In this document: positions 47,673-56,524 of the stretch, piece by piece
Numbering within the stretch: position 1 is the first letter of the stretch
How the letters are laid out: each line of letters starts with the position of its first letter
NCBI GenBank assembly: GCA_046350755.1
Contig: JAXLZV010000001.1
Coordinates: forward strand, 11,510 to 75,509
Length of the DNA stretch: 64,000 bases
Direction of reading: 5' to 3'
Source of the DNA: Candidatus Saccharimonadota bacterium
Lineage (GTDB): Bacteria; Patescibacteriota; Saccharimonadia; CAILAD01; GCA-016700035
Translations under genes and position numbers: made by a program
The notes under the pieces: model-generated
The model's input: the letters and a program-made list of their open reading frames with translations, nothing else
What the model was told of the DNA's origin: nothing
The model's database searches: none

Positions 47673-48752
47673 ATGCCTACCAAAACTACCCGCAAAACCC
47701 CCGCTCGTAAGAGTAACGTCGCTCGACCCAAGAGTAAGTCAGCTCTGAACGCGAAGTTTACCTTCTCGCGTTCTCAACTAGCGATCGTGATTGGTCTTGT
47801 TCTCGTCATCGGTGGCATCATTGTCTGGCGTGTACTGGCGGCTACCAGTCAAACCGAAGTTGAGACTTGGCCAGCTAGTGGCGGAAATACCAAGACCGTT
47901 GCTGACAATACCGCCTCGGGCGGGAGCTATTTGGAGTTTTTGGCGCCAACGGCGAGTACAACGGTGACGCCAGGCACTACTACACCACTTCCCGCCGGTC
48001 AACTTCGGACCTATCCGCTCCATACGAATATCAATGCCACTACCTACTGGGTTGGGGAGCTCTTTCAAAATACGCCCGATGGTAGCCAGGTTTGCTCGGC
48101 CTATAACAGCAACTGGCTATATTCGTTCTTCCGCCTCGCGCAAGTGAACAATTGCAAGGCACCGACTTCGGGCTACGTCAGTGGTTGTGATGCTGTACTC
48201 AAAAATACAGCCGGCAAATGTGATGATGTAAATAGTATTGCTAGCCTTCGTACCCCAGCGAATGGCTACTTTCCGCCGGGCCTACAGGCAATATATGAGA
48301 ATCCTTTCTATATCGATTTACCCTACGATGACTATAATCCGACCGATGCGACCGATATCACCGGTTATGCAACCCGTTGTGCCGATATCCCATGGGCTAA
48401 CGATCCTGGCTATCAAGGCAATTGCACCAATCGTAATTTCTCTTACATGAAAAATCGATGGGTTCAGGTAATGGCAAATGGTAAGACGTGCTATGGGCAG
48501 ATCGAAGACGCTGGCCCGGCCGATGATGGCAATGGTAACCCCCACTATGATGATCGCGTATATGTGTTCGGTGCAAATGATGCTCGACCAATCAATAAAT
48601 CCTACAATAGTGCCGGTATGGACATATCACCAGCACTAGGTGCGTGTTTAGGTGGGCAATTCAACTCAGATTTAAATGTGAGTTGGCGATTTGTCGATTC
48701 ACCACCTGCTGGTCCATGGACGACAATCGTAACCACTTCTGGTCCGCAGTAA
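47673..48752 (+). CDS. Array gene B1: constant leader plus putative double-psi beta-barrel (RlpA/expansin-like) glycan-active domain
   Basis: Shared ~100-aa leader; ENPFY..LPY, NRWVQV, EDAGP, DISPA motifs. The domain call is tentative. Confidence 0.65.
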   Translation: MPTKTTRKTPARKSNVARPKSKSALNAKFTFSRSQLAIVIGLVLVIGGIIVWRVLAATSQTEVETWPASGGNTKTVADNTASGGSYLEFLAPTASTTVTPGTTTPLPAGQLRTYPLHTNINATTYWVGELFQNTPDGSQVCSAYNSNWLYSFFRLAQVNNCKAPTSGYVSGCDAVLKNTAGKCDDVNSIASLRTPANGYFPPGLQAIYENPFYIDLPYDDYNPTDATDITGYATRCADIPWANDPGYQGNCTNRNFSYMKNRWVQVMANGKTCYGQIEDAGPADDGNGNPHYDDRVYVFGANDARPINKSYNSAGMDISPALGACLGGQFNSDLNVSWRFVDSPPAGPWTTIVTTSGPQ

Positions 48753-48782
48753 TTAGCGTATTAACAAACCCAGGATACAAAT

Positions 48783-49946
48783 ATGCCCACTAAAACTACC
48801 CGTAAAACTCCCGCTCGTAAGAGCAACGTCGCTCGCCCCAAAAGTAAGTCAGCTCTGAACTCGAAGTTTACGTTTTCCAAAACTCAACTAGCGATCGTCA
48901 TTGGCCTCATCCTCGTCATCGGTGGCATCATTGTCTGGCGAGTACTGGCCGCCACCAGCCAAACTGAAGTCGAGACCTGGCCAGCCAGTGGTGGGAACAC
49001 CAAGACTGTCGCTGACAATACTGCCTCGGGTGGCAGCTATCTGGAGTTTTTGGCACCAACGGTGAGTACGACGGTAACGCCAACACCAACGTTATCTATT
49101 CCTACTGGTTACAGCCAGATATTCCTTGATAATTTTGATGGTTCCTCTCTCAATACACTGGTCTGGAAGCCTTATAATAACAACTATGGGAGCGGAAATA
49201 AGGAAGAAGAGTGTAATACGCCTAATAACGTGACGGTAAGTAATGGGTCACTTCTTATAACCGCTAAGCGCGAGAATATTGTTTGTCCGGGTACTTCGAC
49301 GAACTACAGCTTTACGTCCGCCTTCTTGGGAACTCGTGAAAATAATACGTACTTCCCGAAATTCGCACGTTATGAGATGCGAGCTAAGCTACCTCACGCC
49401 CAGGGCCTCTGGCCAGCTTTCTGGTTGCGTCACCGTAACGGATCTACCAACCCGCTAGGAGCTGAAGTCGATGTGATGGAGTATTTCCACTCCCAGGTTC
49501 CTGGTAAAACCTCATCAACTCTCCATTTAGATGGCACTTCTAATGTGGCGAAGAAGACAGTGGCTTTTGAGACTCCAACAACTACACCTGGATGGCATAC
49601 ATGGGCAGTTGAGACTAAGCCTGACATGATCGATACAACCAAGGTTAATTTTTCTTTCACATTAGATGGCACTGAATTCTTTAATATCACTCCATCCCAA
49701 AAAGCTTGGGCAACTGATGCGACAAACGGAGTTGACCCGAACCATATGTTTGATATTGCAATCAACATGGCTGTCGGAGGCAACTACGTCGGGCATCCGG
49801 ATGACGAACTTGGTTGGAGTCGTTATCTCAATAAGTGCCTTAAGCCCTATGGCGGTGCAGCACCCTGCGACGGCACAGGAATATTGCGCGCCAGCTTCCC
49901 AAGTACGTACGAGGTCGATTACGTGCGAGTATTGACCAAGAACTAA
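48783..49946 (+). CDS. Array gene B2: constant leader plus GH16 glycoside hydrolase
   Basis: F.DNFDG..L...W, GLWPAFWL, catalytic EVDVME, WHTWAVE, YEVDYVRV. Confidence 0.88.
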   Translation: MPTKTTRKTPARKSNVARPKSKSALNSKFTFSKTQLAIVIGLILVIGGIIVWRVLAATSQTEVETWPASGGNTKTVADNTASGGSYLEFLAPTVSTTVTPTPTLSIPTGYSQIFLDNFDGSSLNTLVWKPYNNNYGSGNKEEECNTPNNVTVSNGSLLITAKRENIVCPGTSTNYSFTSAFLGTRENNTYFPKFARYEMRAKLPHAQGLWPAFWLRHRNGSTNPLGAEVDVMEYFHSQVPGKTSSTLHLDGTSNVAKKTVAFETPTTTPGWHTWAVETKPDMIDTTKVNFSFTLDGTEFFNITPSQKAWATDATNGVDPNHMFDIAINMAVGGNYVGHPDDELGWSRYLNKCLKPYGGAAPCDGTGILRASFPSTYEVDYVRVLTKN

Positions 49947-49965
49947 CATAGCCGGACTAAGTCTT

Positions 49966-51513
49966 GTGACATCCAAAACTACCCGAAAAACCTCAGGTCG
50001 CAAGACCTCTGCACGGAATAATGTGCCTCGGTCAAAACCCAATTCTAGCTTCAATGCTCCCTTCAAATTCTCTAGTAAGCAGCTCGCTATTGTTCTTGCC
50101 TTAATCCTCGTTATCGGTGGCATCATTGTCTGGCGAGTCCTAGCCGCTACCAGTCAAACCGAAGTTGAGACTTGGCCAGCCAGTGGCGGGAATACCAAGA
50201 CGGTCGCTGATAACTCTGCCTCGGGCGGGAGCTATTTGGAGTTTTTGGCGCCAACGGCGAGTACAACGGTGACGCCAGCGAGCGGATTTGTGCACCCAGG
50301 AGTATTGGTCAGTCAATCACAGCTGGATTTCGTAAAGGCCAAAATCGCGTCTGGTCAGGAGCCCTGGACGAGTGCTTTTAATAAGATGAAATCAAACTCG
50401 CTGGCGAGTAGAACGTACACACCAAGTCCGGTACCAAAACTTATGTGCTCTACGAGCGTTGGGCTTGGTGAAGGATTTCCACAGGCTGGCTGCACTGAAA
50501 TGAACCGCGATGGAGCCGCGACTTACACTCAGGCGCTGATGTATGCCTATACCGGAGATATCACCTATGCGAATAACGCCGCCAAGATTATTAATGCTTG
50601 GACTTCCACTCTCAAGGAAATCCCGTATGATCAGCCCAGGACTTCAACTGGGGCACAGGCATATTGGCAAAATTTACTGGTAGTTGGCTGGTCAACTGAG
50701 ACTATGACTCGAGGGGCCGAGATTATTCGCTATACCAGTAGCGCTATGACACCGGCCCAGATTACGCAGTCTGAAACTTGGTTGAAAGGCTTCATATATC
50801 CGTTCCTGAATAGCTATACGGCCGGCGGCAACGGGAATGGTGGCATGACCTGGACCGAGGCTATTATGAATATTGGAGTCTATACGAACGATAGAGCTAT
50901 CTATGATAAGGCAGTTGCTTGGTACAAGGTGAAAATGCCTCAGCTGATTTATCTTACCAGTGACGGCGCACGGCCACCTTTGCCGACCGATGCTAACACC
51001 GGAAAACCTTGGAGTTGGGGTACCGGTAAGGTTGATGAGCTTTGGCGCTACCCGACACAGTGGGTGAATGGCCTCGAAACGGAGACTTGTCGAGATATGG
51101 GTCATACATTTATGGGGCTGGGTCCAATGAGCAATATCGCAGAAACAGCCTACATCCAAGGGACAAATAACTTCTACGCTGACTACAAAGATCGAATGGT
51201 TGCAGCCTATGAACTCAATGCTGGCTATACGAACCAAATGCTCGATGAGATGGCGAGAAGCGGCTTAGCGACCGACAAGCCTGGATTTGATGCTATTAGT
51301 GCAAATGGGTGGATGCCGACTAATTTTCCTTGCAGTGACTTCATCTCGGGTGGTGGGAGTTCACTACTCGGCACTGAAATCGCATACAATCATTTCGCTA
51401 AGCGACTAGGGCTTTCCATGCCGAATACTAAAAAGCTTGCCGAGCGCACCCGCCCGCAAGCTGGCGGCAATCATCTATTTTTCGAATCTTTGACTCATTA
51501 CCAAGCCCCGTAG
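49966..51513 (+). CDS. Array gene B3: constant leader plus alginate-lyase-family (alpha/alpha) domain
   Basis: FVHPGVL...LDFVKAK...EPW, ETCRDMGH, AETAYIQG, EIAYNHF. Confidence 0.8.
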   Translation: MTSKTTRKTSGRKTSARNNVPRSKPNSSFNAPFKFSSKQLAIVLALILVIGGIIVWRVLAATSQTEVETWPASGGNTKTVADNSASGGSYLEFLAPTASTTVTPASGFVHPGVLVSQSQLDFVKAKIASGQEPWTSAFNKMKSNSLASRTYTPSPVPKLMCSTSVGLGEGFPQAGCTEMNRDGAATYTQALMYAYTGDITYANNAAKIINAWTSTLKEIPYDQPRTSTGAQAYWQNLLVVGWSTETMTRGAEIIRYTSSAMTPAQITQSETWLKGFIYPFLNSYTAGGNGNGGMTWTEAIMNIGVYTNDRAIYDKAVAWYKVKMPQLIYLTSDGARPPLPTDANTGKPWSWGTGKVDELWRYPTQWVNGLETETCRDMGHTFMGLGPMSNIAETAYIQGTNNFYADYKDRMVAAYELNAGYTNQMLDEMARSGLATDKPGFDAISANGWMPTNFPCSDFISGGGSSLLGTEIAYNHFAKRLGLSMPNTKKLAERTRPQAGGNHLFFESLTHYQAP

Positions 51514-51685
51514 CGCGCACTGCTTGCCTCATTGCATCATTCATGTTAGAATAGTCTTACAAATTAAGAACGTTTATGAATTTCGGGTCTTTTTGAGTCT
51601 CATTTGAGACCTCATGTAGGGGAGCTGCCTCGCGAATTCATCAGCGAGTAAGTAGTTCAACTACAATCAGAAAGGCTCTTTTCTT

Positions 51686-52891
51686 TTGCAAAATTCATCT
51701 TCATTCCGACGCGGCCATCGTGGTCGCCCTAATTCACCGCATCGCCCCCGTTATGGCGGACAAAAACGGCGTAATAATGGCAAACAATCTATTGATCCAT
51801 CAAAGTTTGTCAACGCAGCCGTCGAAGCCAAGCTCGAAACCCCATACGAATCTAAGCATCAGTTTGCTGATTTTGGCTTTATCGCTGGCTTACAAGCTAA
51901 CCTCGATACTAAGGGGTATAAAACTCCAACTGCTATTCAGGACGGGTCTATTCCAGCCTCACTCGAGGGTAAGGATGTGATTGGTCTAGCCAATACTGGC
52001 ACCGGTAAGACGGCAGCTTTTGTTCTGCCGATCATTCATCAGCTCAAGACGACCGAAGACAAGCGTACGGCGCTGATCATCGCCCCGACGCGTGAGCTGG
52101 CTACCCAGATCGATGACGAATTTCGCGCCTTCGCAAAAGGCCTGCAGCTTTACTCGACCGTTTGTGTCGGTGGTATGAATATTCGTCAGCAAATTCAGCA
52201 GCTCAATCGCCACCCACAGGTCATTATCGGTACCCCAGGTCGCCTGAAAGACCTCGTGCAACAGCGCGCCTTAAACCTGTCGCGGGTTGGTTGGTTTGTG
52301 CTTGACGAAGCTGACCGCATGCTTGATATGGGCTTCTTGCCTGACATCAACTTCCTGATTCAGCAGCTACCAGAAAAGCGCCAATCGCTGTGCTTCTCAG
52401 CTACGATTACGCCAGAGATTTCGCGTCTCTTGGACAAGATGCTCAAAGATCCCGTCACCGTCTCGGTACGCACCACTGAAACCAGTGATCACGTCGAGCA
52501 GAACATCGTTAAAGTCAGCGGTCGCGATGAAAAACTAGCTAAGCTCCAGGAGCTCTTGGCGCAGCCAGACTTTGATCGCGTACTGGTTTTCGGCGAAACA
52601 AAATTTGGCGTCCAGCGCCTAGCTGACACCCTCTCGCGAGCGGGCATCCCATCAGAAGCCATTCACGGCAATAAGAGCCAGCCGCAGCGCCAGCGAGCCC
52701 TCAAAGCTTTCAAAGACGGACGCGTATCGGTACTCGTCGCCACAGACGTCGCGGCTCGTGGACTCGATATCCCCTTGGTCTCGCACGTGATTAACTATGA
52801 TCAGCCGCAGACCTACGATGACTATATCCACCGTATCGGCCGCACTGGTCGAGCCGGCAATCGTGGTCACGCCCTGACGTTCGTCGACTAA
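51686..52891 (+). CDS. DEAD-box RNA helicase
   Basis: Q motif, GTGKT, PTRELA, TPGRL, DEAD, SAT, ARGLD, HRIGRTGR; TTG start. Confidence 0.96.
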   Translation: MQNSSSFRRGHRGRPNSPHRPRYGGQKRRNNGKQSIDPSKFVNAAVEAKLETPYESKHQFADFGFIAGLQANLDTKGYKTPTAIQDGSIPASLEGKDVIGLANTGTGKTAAFVLPIIHQLKTTEDKRTALIIAPTRELATQIDDEFRAFAKGLQLYSTVCVGGMNIRQQIQQLNRHPQVIIGTPGRLKDLVQQRALNLSRVGWFVLDEADRMLDMGFLPDINFLIQQLPEKRQSLCFSATITPEISRLLDKMLKDPVTVSVRTTETSDHVEQNIVKVSGRDEKLAKLQELLAQPDFDRVLVFGETKFGVQRLADTLSRAGIPSEAIHGNKSQPQRQRALKAFKDGRVSVLVATDVAARGLDIPLVSHVINYDQPQTYDDYIHRIGRTGRAGNRGHALTFVD

Positions 52892-52911
52892 ATATCTGAA
52901 GTAAAAAGAAG

Positions 52912-52960
52912 AACCCCCAGTGAAGTCGGAGTCATAATGACTCGTTCTTCACTGGGGGTT
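52912..52960. terminator. Long bidirectional terminator hairpin
   Basis: AACCCCCAGTGAAG/CTTCACTGGGGGTT 14-bp stem plus inner GAGTCA/TGACTC stem, between convergent genes. Confidence 0.8.
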
Positions 52961-52968
52961 TTGCGTGC

Positions 52969-53745
52969 TCAGTCCTTCGTGCGCAGCTTGGCCAGCTTGT
53001 CGCGGCGCTGCTGCTGTCGGCGAGCCAACGCATTCTTGCGCATTGACCAGCTGATATAGACGCAGAGCAGCCCAACAATCACCACCGTCCAAGCGATCTT
53101 CGCCTGGAGGCTAATCCAGTCTGATCCGGTGTAGGCCAGCTCTGCTACCGGTTCGGTAGCGACACTGGTCGTCGCCGGTACTGCCTCGCGCACGATGCTG
53201 GTGGCCGAGATCATCGGCTCCGGCAGGGTAGTGGAGGTAGTTGTGCTGGTGGCCACTGGATTGGTGGCAGTCGGGACAATCGAACTGGTGGTTGTAGGCA
53301 CCAGTGTGGTCGAAGTCTCGACCGGCTGGGTATCCGCCGGCTCGTGTGAGTTGCGGCAGTCCAGCGCCAGGTAAGGGCTGTACACAATCTGCACGGCGGC
53401 CTCGTCATCTTCGCGACCAGGGATAGCTGCGTAGACGATGAGTTCACCATCACCCACCTGGGGAACCAGCAACGGGAATTCGAAACTGGCCTGATCTCCA
53501 ACGGGGAAATCAATGATGTGGTGCTCGATGGCGGTGCTTTCTTCGACTGCTTGCACGTTGACCGGCTGCTGCCAGACATTTGTGATCCGCGCAACAGCGC
53601 TGACGTTACCGTCTGGAGCACAACTGGTCTGGCTCACGACGCTAATCAGCGTCGGTGAATTGGTAGCACCGGCGGGAGTGGTCAAACCACCAATTCCGCA
53701 GGTGAGAAGTAGGGCAGAGAGGATGAGCTTGAAAGGTACACGCAT
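52969..53745 (-). CDS. Secreted surface protein with Thr-rich stalk and LAYTG sorting-like signal
   Basis: Signal peptide ending PAGA, small beta-rich domain, TTTTSTTLP stalk, ELAYTG + TM + basic tail. Confidence 0.75.
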   Translation of the reverse strand: MRVPFKLILSALLLTCGIGGLTTPAGATNSPTLISVVSQTSCAPDGNVSAVARITNVWQQPVNVQAVEESTAIEHHIIDFPVGDQASFEFPLLVPQVGDGELIVYAAIPGREDDEAAVQIVYSPYLALDCRNSHEPADTQPVETSTTLVPTTTSSIVPTATNPVATSTTTSTTLPEPMISATSIVREAVPATTSVATEPVAELAYTGSDWISLQAKIAWTVVIVGLLCVYISWSMRKNALARRQQQRRDKLAKLRTKD

Positions 53746-53789
53746 AGCAGACTCCTTAGGTCTGGGGCGAATAGATGGCTCAGCTCGTT

Positions 53790-53839
53790 TTTGAGTAAAC
53801 CGTACTACTATACACGTGTTTCAATAATATGTCAATAGT
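53790..53839 (-). promoter_or_regulatory. Conserved cassette promoter, copy 1
   Basis: ACTA-TTGACA-N17-TATAGT-AGTACGGTTTACTCAAA on the minus strand. Confidence 0.8.
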
Positions 53840-53854
53840 AAGGGCTTTTAGAGT

Positions 53855-53885
53855 AAAAAACCCAGTCGACGAGTAATCGACTGGG
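53855..53885 (-). terminator. Intrinsic terminator of the SGNH gene
   Basis: CCCAGTCGA/TCGACTGGG stem; A6 on the plus strand. Confidence 0.8.
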
Positions 53886-53893
53886 CAAACGCG

Positions 53894-54565
53894 CTAGGCG
53901 CCGGTATGAAAGTAGCTAAAGAACCAACCAGCTCGTTCGTGATAGCCATCCGCGGTCAGATGAATGTCATCCCGCTCGTAGACGTCGATCCGATCACCGA
54001 GGTACGTCTGCCAGTCCAAGACTGTCATCGTTGGTATGGTGGCCGCGATTGAACGTACCAGCTTATTGAACCGCGCCGCGCATTCGGCGATCTTGCCGCG
54101 CTCGCCAAGGGTGACAAAGCTTGTCGGCAATCCATCGGTGGCGGTCATCGCGGTAAAAATGCGCCGCTCCAGCTCGGAGTCGGTCACTGGGCTCGCGCAA
54201 TCGTTCGTCCCAAGAGCGATCACGAAGACGTCAGTCTTGGGGGCGGCAGCTGCAATCAACGGCTTTGCTTCCTTGAGGGTTCGTCCGGACTTACCATCCA
54301 GATTCCAATTGAAGCCATGAGTGGACTTGAGCACATAGCTATTCGTGCCAACGGTTAGCGAGTCGCCGATCATCGTGAGATTACGATTGCCGGGCGCAGT
54401 CGTAGTCTGCAAGACTGGCTTATCATCAGCTGACCGAGCCGTCAGCTCAGCCTGCACGGATGCCGGAGTCTTTGCCGGAGCGGTAGTCTCCGCTCCCTTG
54501 GTCTGATTTGAGGCCATAGCCAGACAGACAGCGATAAAAAGGATCCAAATCACTGGACGATTCAT
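53894..54565 (-). CDS. Secreted SGNH/GDSL hydrolase (OatA C-terminal-like)
   Basis: IGDSL, G, LGTND, DDIHL catalytic blocks; N-terminal signal. Confidence 0.85.
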   Translation of the reverse strand: MNRPVIWILFIAVCLAMASNQTKGAETTAPAKTPASVQAELTARSADDKPVLQTTTAPGNRNLTMIGDSLTVGTNSYVLKSTHGFNWNLDGKSGRTLKEAKPLIAAAAPKTDVFVIALGTNDCASPVTDSELERRIFTAMTATDGLPTSFVTLGERGKIAECAARFNKLVRSIAATIPTMTVLDWQTYLGDRIDVYERDDIHLTADGYHERAGWFFSYFHTGA

Positions 54566-54598
54566 GGGTGAGCCTTTCGCAGAGGTACAAGAAGTGGT

Positions 54599-54648
54599 TT
54601 TGAGTAAACCGTACTACGCTACACGCTATTAGACATTTTGTCAATAGT
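54599..54648 (-). promoter_or_regulatory. Conserved cassette promoter, copy 2
   Basis: ACTA-TTGACA-N17-TAGCGT-AGTACGGTTTACTCAAA on the minus strand. Confidence 0.8.
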
Positions 54649-55268
54649 TAGGATAAGTCATCATCTTCGATTGAGCCGACAACCCGGCGATAAATAAAGT
54701 AGCCCAGGCTAATCAGCACCCCTACGAGGACGAGGTAGGAAAGTGGCTTGATGTTGGCGGCGATGAGCTCATATTGTTCACCCAGGACAAAGCCACCAAA
54801 ACTCAGTATGGCGCTCCAGGCTAATGCTCCAAGAAACGACAACAGCAGAAAAGGAATGAGCTTCATTTTATGGAGTCCAGCTGGAAGAGAAATGAGCGAG
54901 CGCATTCCCGGGAGCAAGCGGGCAAAAAACACGGCTGACAGGCCATGCTTCTCAAACCAATTGGCTGAACGAGTAATGTCTTTTGGTTTCAAGCCAATAT
55001 ATTTCCCATACTTTTTCACAAAAGCTAGCAAATGATGCTCCTGGAGGGCACTACCGATCGTATAAAATAAGCCGGCTCCCACCAAGGAACCAAGCGCACC
55101 GGCGACGATCACACCGTAGATATTGAGCTGACCACGGTAGGCTGCATAGCCGCCAAACGGCAAAATCAGCTCAGAGGGAAGGGGAGGGAAAATAGTCTCG
55201 ATAAACATGGCCAGGAATATCCCAAGATAGCCAAAATCGGCCACGATGTTGGTAATCGTATCGGTCAT
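54648..55268 (-). CDS. DedA family membrane protein
   Basis: ETIFPPLPSELILPFGG, FFARLLPGMRSLISLPAG. Confidence 0.92.
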   Translation of the reverse strand: MTDTITNIVADFGYLGIFLAMFIETIFPPLPSELILPFGGYAAYRGQLNIYGVIVAGALGSLVGAGLFYTIGSALQEHHLLAFVKKYGKYIGLKPKDITRSANWFEKHGLSAVFFARLLPGMRSLISLPAGLHKMKLIPFLLLSFLGALAWSAILSFGGFVLGEQYELIAANIKPLSYLVLVGVLISLGYFIYRRVVGSIEDDDLS

Positions 55269-55510
55269 TAGGGCTTGTCCTGCTTACGCCGGATGAGCTT
55301 TTTGGAGATATTCTTTGCCGAGGTCTCAAGCTTTTGCTTCCAGTGGTGTGCCCAGGCAAATTCGGTGGCGAGGATCGCCAATCCAGCTATCATCAAAACG
55401 ATGCCGGGACCGGGGATACCGGGAAAGGAGAGGAGCAATCCTGCCACAAAGACAGCTACGCCAATAATGAAGATGAGGGTTTTTTTCGTTGCCCGGGCAA
55501 TATGTTTCAT
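55268..55510 (-). CDS. PGPGW-domain small membrane protein
   Basis: PGPG....IAGLAILATEFAWA; start re-assigned to 55510. Confidence 0.85.
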   Translation of the reverse strand: MKHIARATKKTLIFIIGVAVFVAGLLLSFPGIPGPGIVLMIAGLAILATEFAWAHHWKQKLETSAKNISKKLIRRKQDKP

Positions 55511-55622
55511 CTCCTTATTGTAGCAAATGATTGATTGATTCTGCTCACGCTTTACATATCTAGCGTAGGAGAAAATAATGAGGTCAAACAAAGTAGGGAT
55601 GTTAATTATAAGGAGAATCATC

Positions 55623-55946
55623 ATGAAGACAATTACTATTAATCGCTTGAATGTCAGCTCGGTGGCCAAAGTCGTTGGATTTTACCAGGCAGTCATCGGC
55701 TTTGTAGTCGGCTTGGTCGTAACGATTGGTTCTGCAGCCCGCATTTTTTCTGAATCATCAGGCTTTTTGCAGGCCTTTGGCATCAGCGCCGCGGTGGCAG
55801 GCTTTGCAGTATTACTGTTCCCACTGGTGGCATTTGTCATTGGCTGGGTTCAGGGTGTAGTTTTGGCTTTCATCCTAAACGTCGTGTTTAAAGAATCAAA
55901 AGGACTCGAAATCGAGGTCGAAGAGGCTCCGCTCAAAAAGTCCTAA
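55623..55946 (+). CDS. Small membrane protein (DUF3566-like)
   Basis: I.RL...SVAKV, two TM helices, N.....KGLEIEV; AAGGAG SD. Confidence 0.7.
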   Translation: MKTITINRLNVSSVAKVVGFYQAVIGFVVGLVVTIGSAARIFSESSGFLQAFGISAAVAGFAVLLFPLVAFVIGWVQGVVLAFILNVVFKESKGLEIEVEEAPLKKS

Positions 55947-56158
55947 CCACTGACTGGGGCCGAACCGAACACCTGTTTGCCCCGACAGTTCGCTTTTTGA
56001 CCAAAGCGTGGTATACTAGTGCTATCTAGAAGCACGTCCTTGTGGCGTGTCGACTCGCCGACGTGAGACTCCCAACCTCCCGAAGTGCGATTCTCATTCC
56101 AGAGTAGAGCAGTAACGGGTGCCAGACGATTCGTAAGTCGGTAGAAGTAGGAGAAAGA

Positions 56159-56422
56159 ATGTCAGCTAAGCTTTTTGTGGGATCACTCCCATATAGCACA
56201 ACAGATGAAGAATTGCGTGAGATGTTTGCCGGTGTCGGCACCGTCGAAAGTGCGAAAGTTATTTTCGACCGGGACACTCAGCGCTCGAAAGGCTTCGGCT
56301 TTGTCGAATTGTCTTCAGAAGAAGAAGCGCAAGCTGCTATCAAGCAGTTTGACGGCACTGAAATGGGCGGTCGTCGTATCGTCGTCAACATTGCCCGTCC
56401 GATGACGAATCGTCGCGACTAA
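56159..56422 (+). CDS. RRM-domain RNA-binding protein
   Basis: RNP2 LFVGSL and RNP1 KGFGFVEL. Confidence 0.95.
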   Translation: MSAKLFVGSLPYSTTDEELREMFAGVGTVESAKVIFDRDTQRSKGFGFVELSSEEEAQAAIKQFDGTEMGGRRIVVNIARPMTNRRD

Positions 56423-56524
56423 ATTCACCTGGCTGTTTACTCAGCACATCAACACCCCCCTCGACTTTGTCAGCGGGTGTTTTTGTTTACGCCGCAAGTG
56501 ACCTGAATCTGATACAATACAGCT

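Noticed and set aside
47673-50150. Class III (type IV pilin) signal peptides in the B leaders
   Set aside because: A basic region and hydrophobic helix are present, but the G|F....E prepilin motif is absent. A signal peptidase I site or an uncleaved anchor fits better.
52912-52960. MITE/REP element or attC site
   Set aside because: Single copy in the window, no target duplication and no integron integrase; position and A/T flanks fit a bidirectional terminator.
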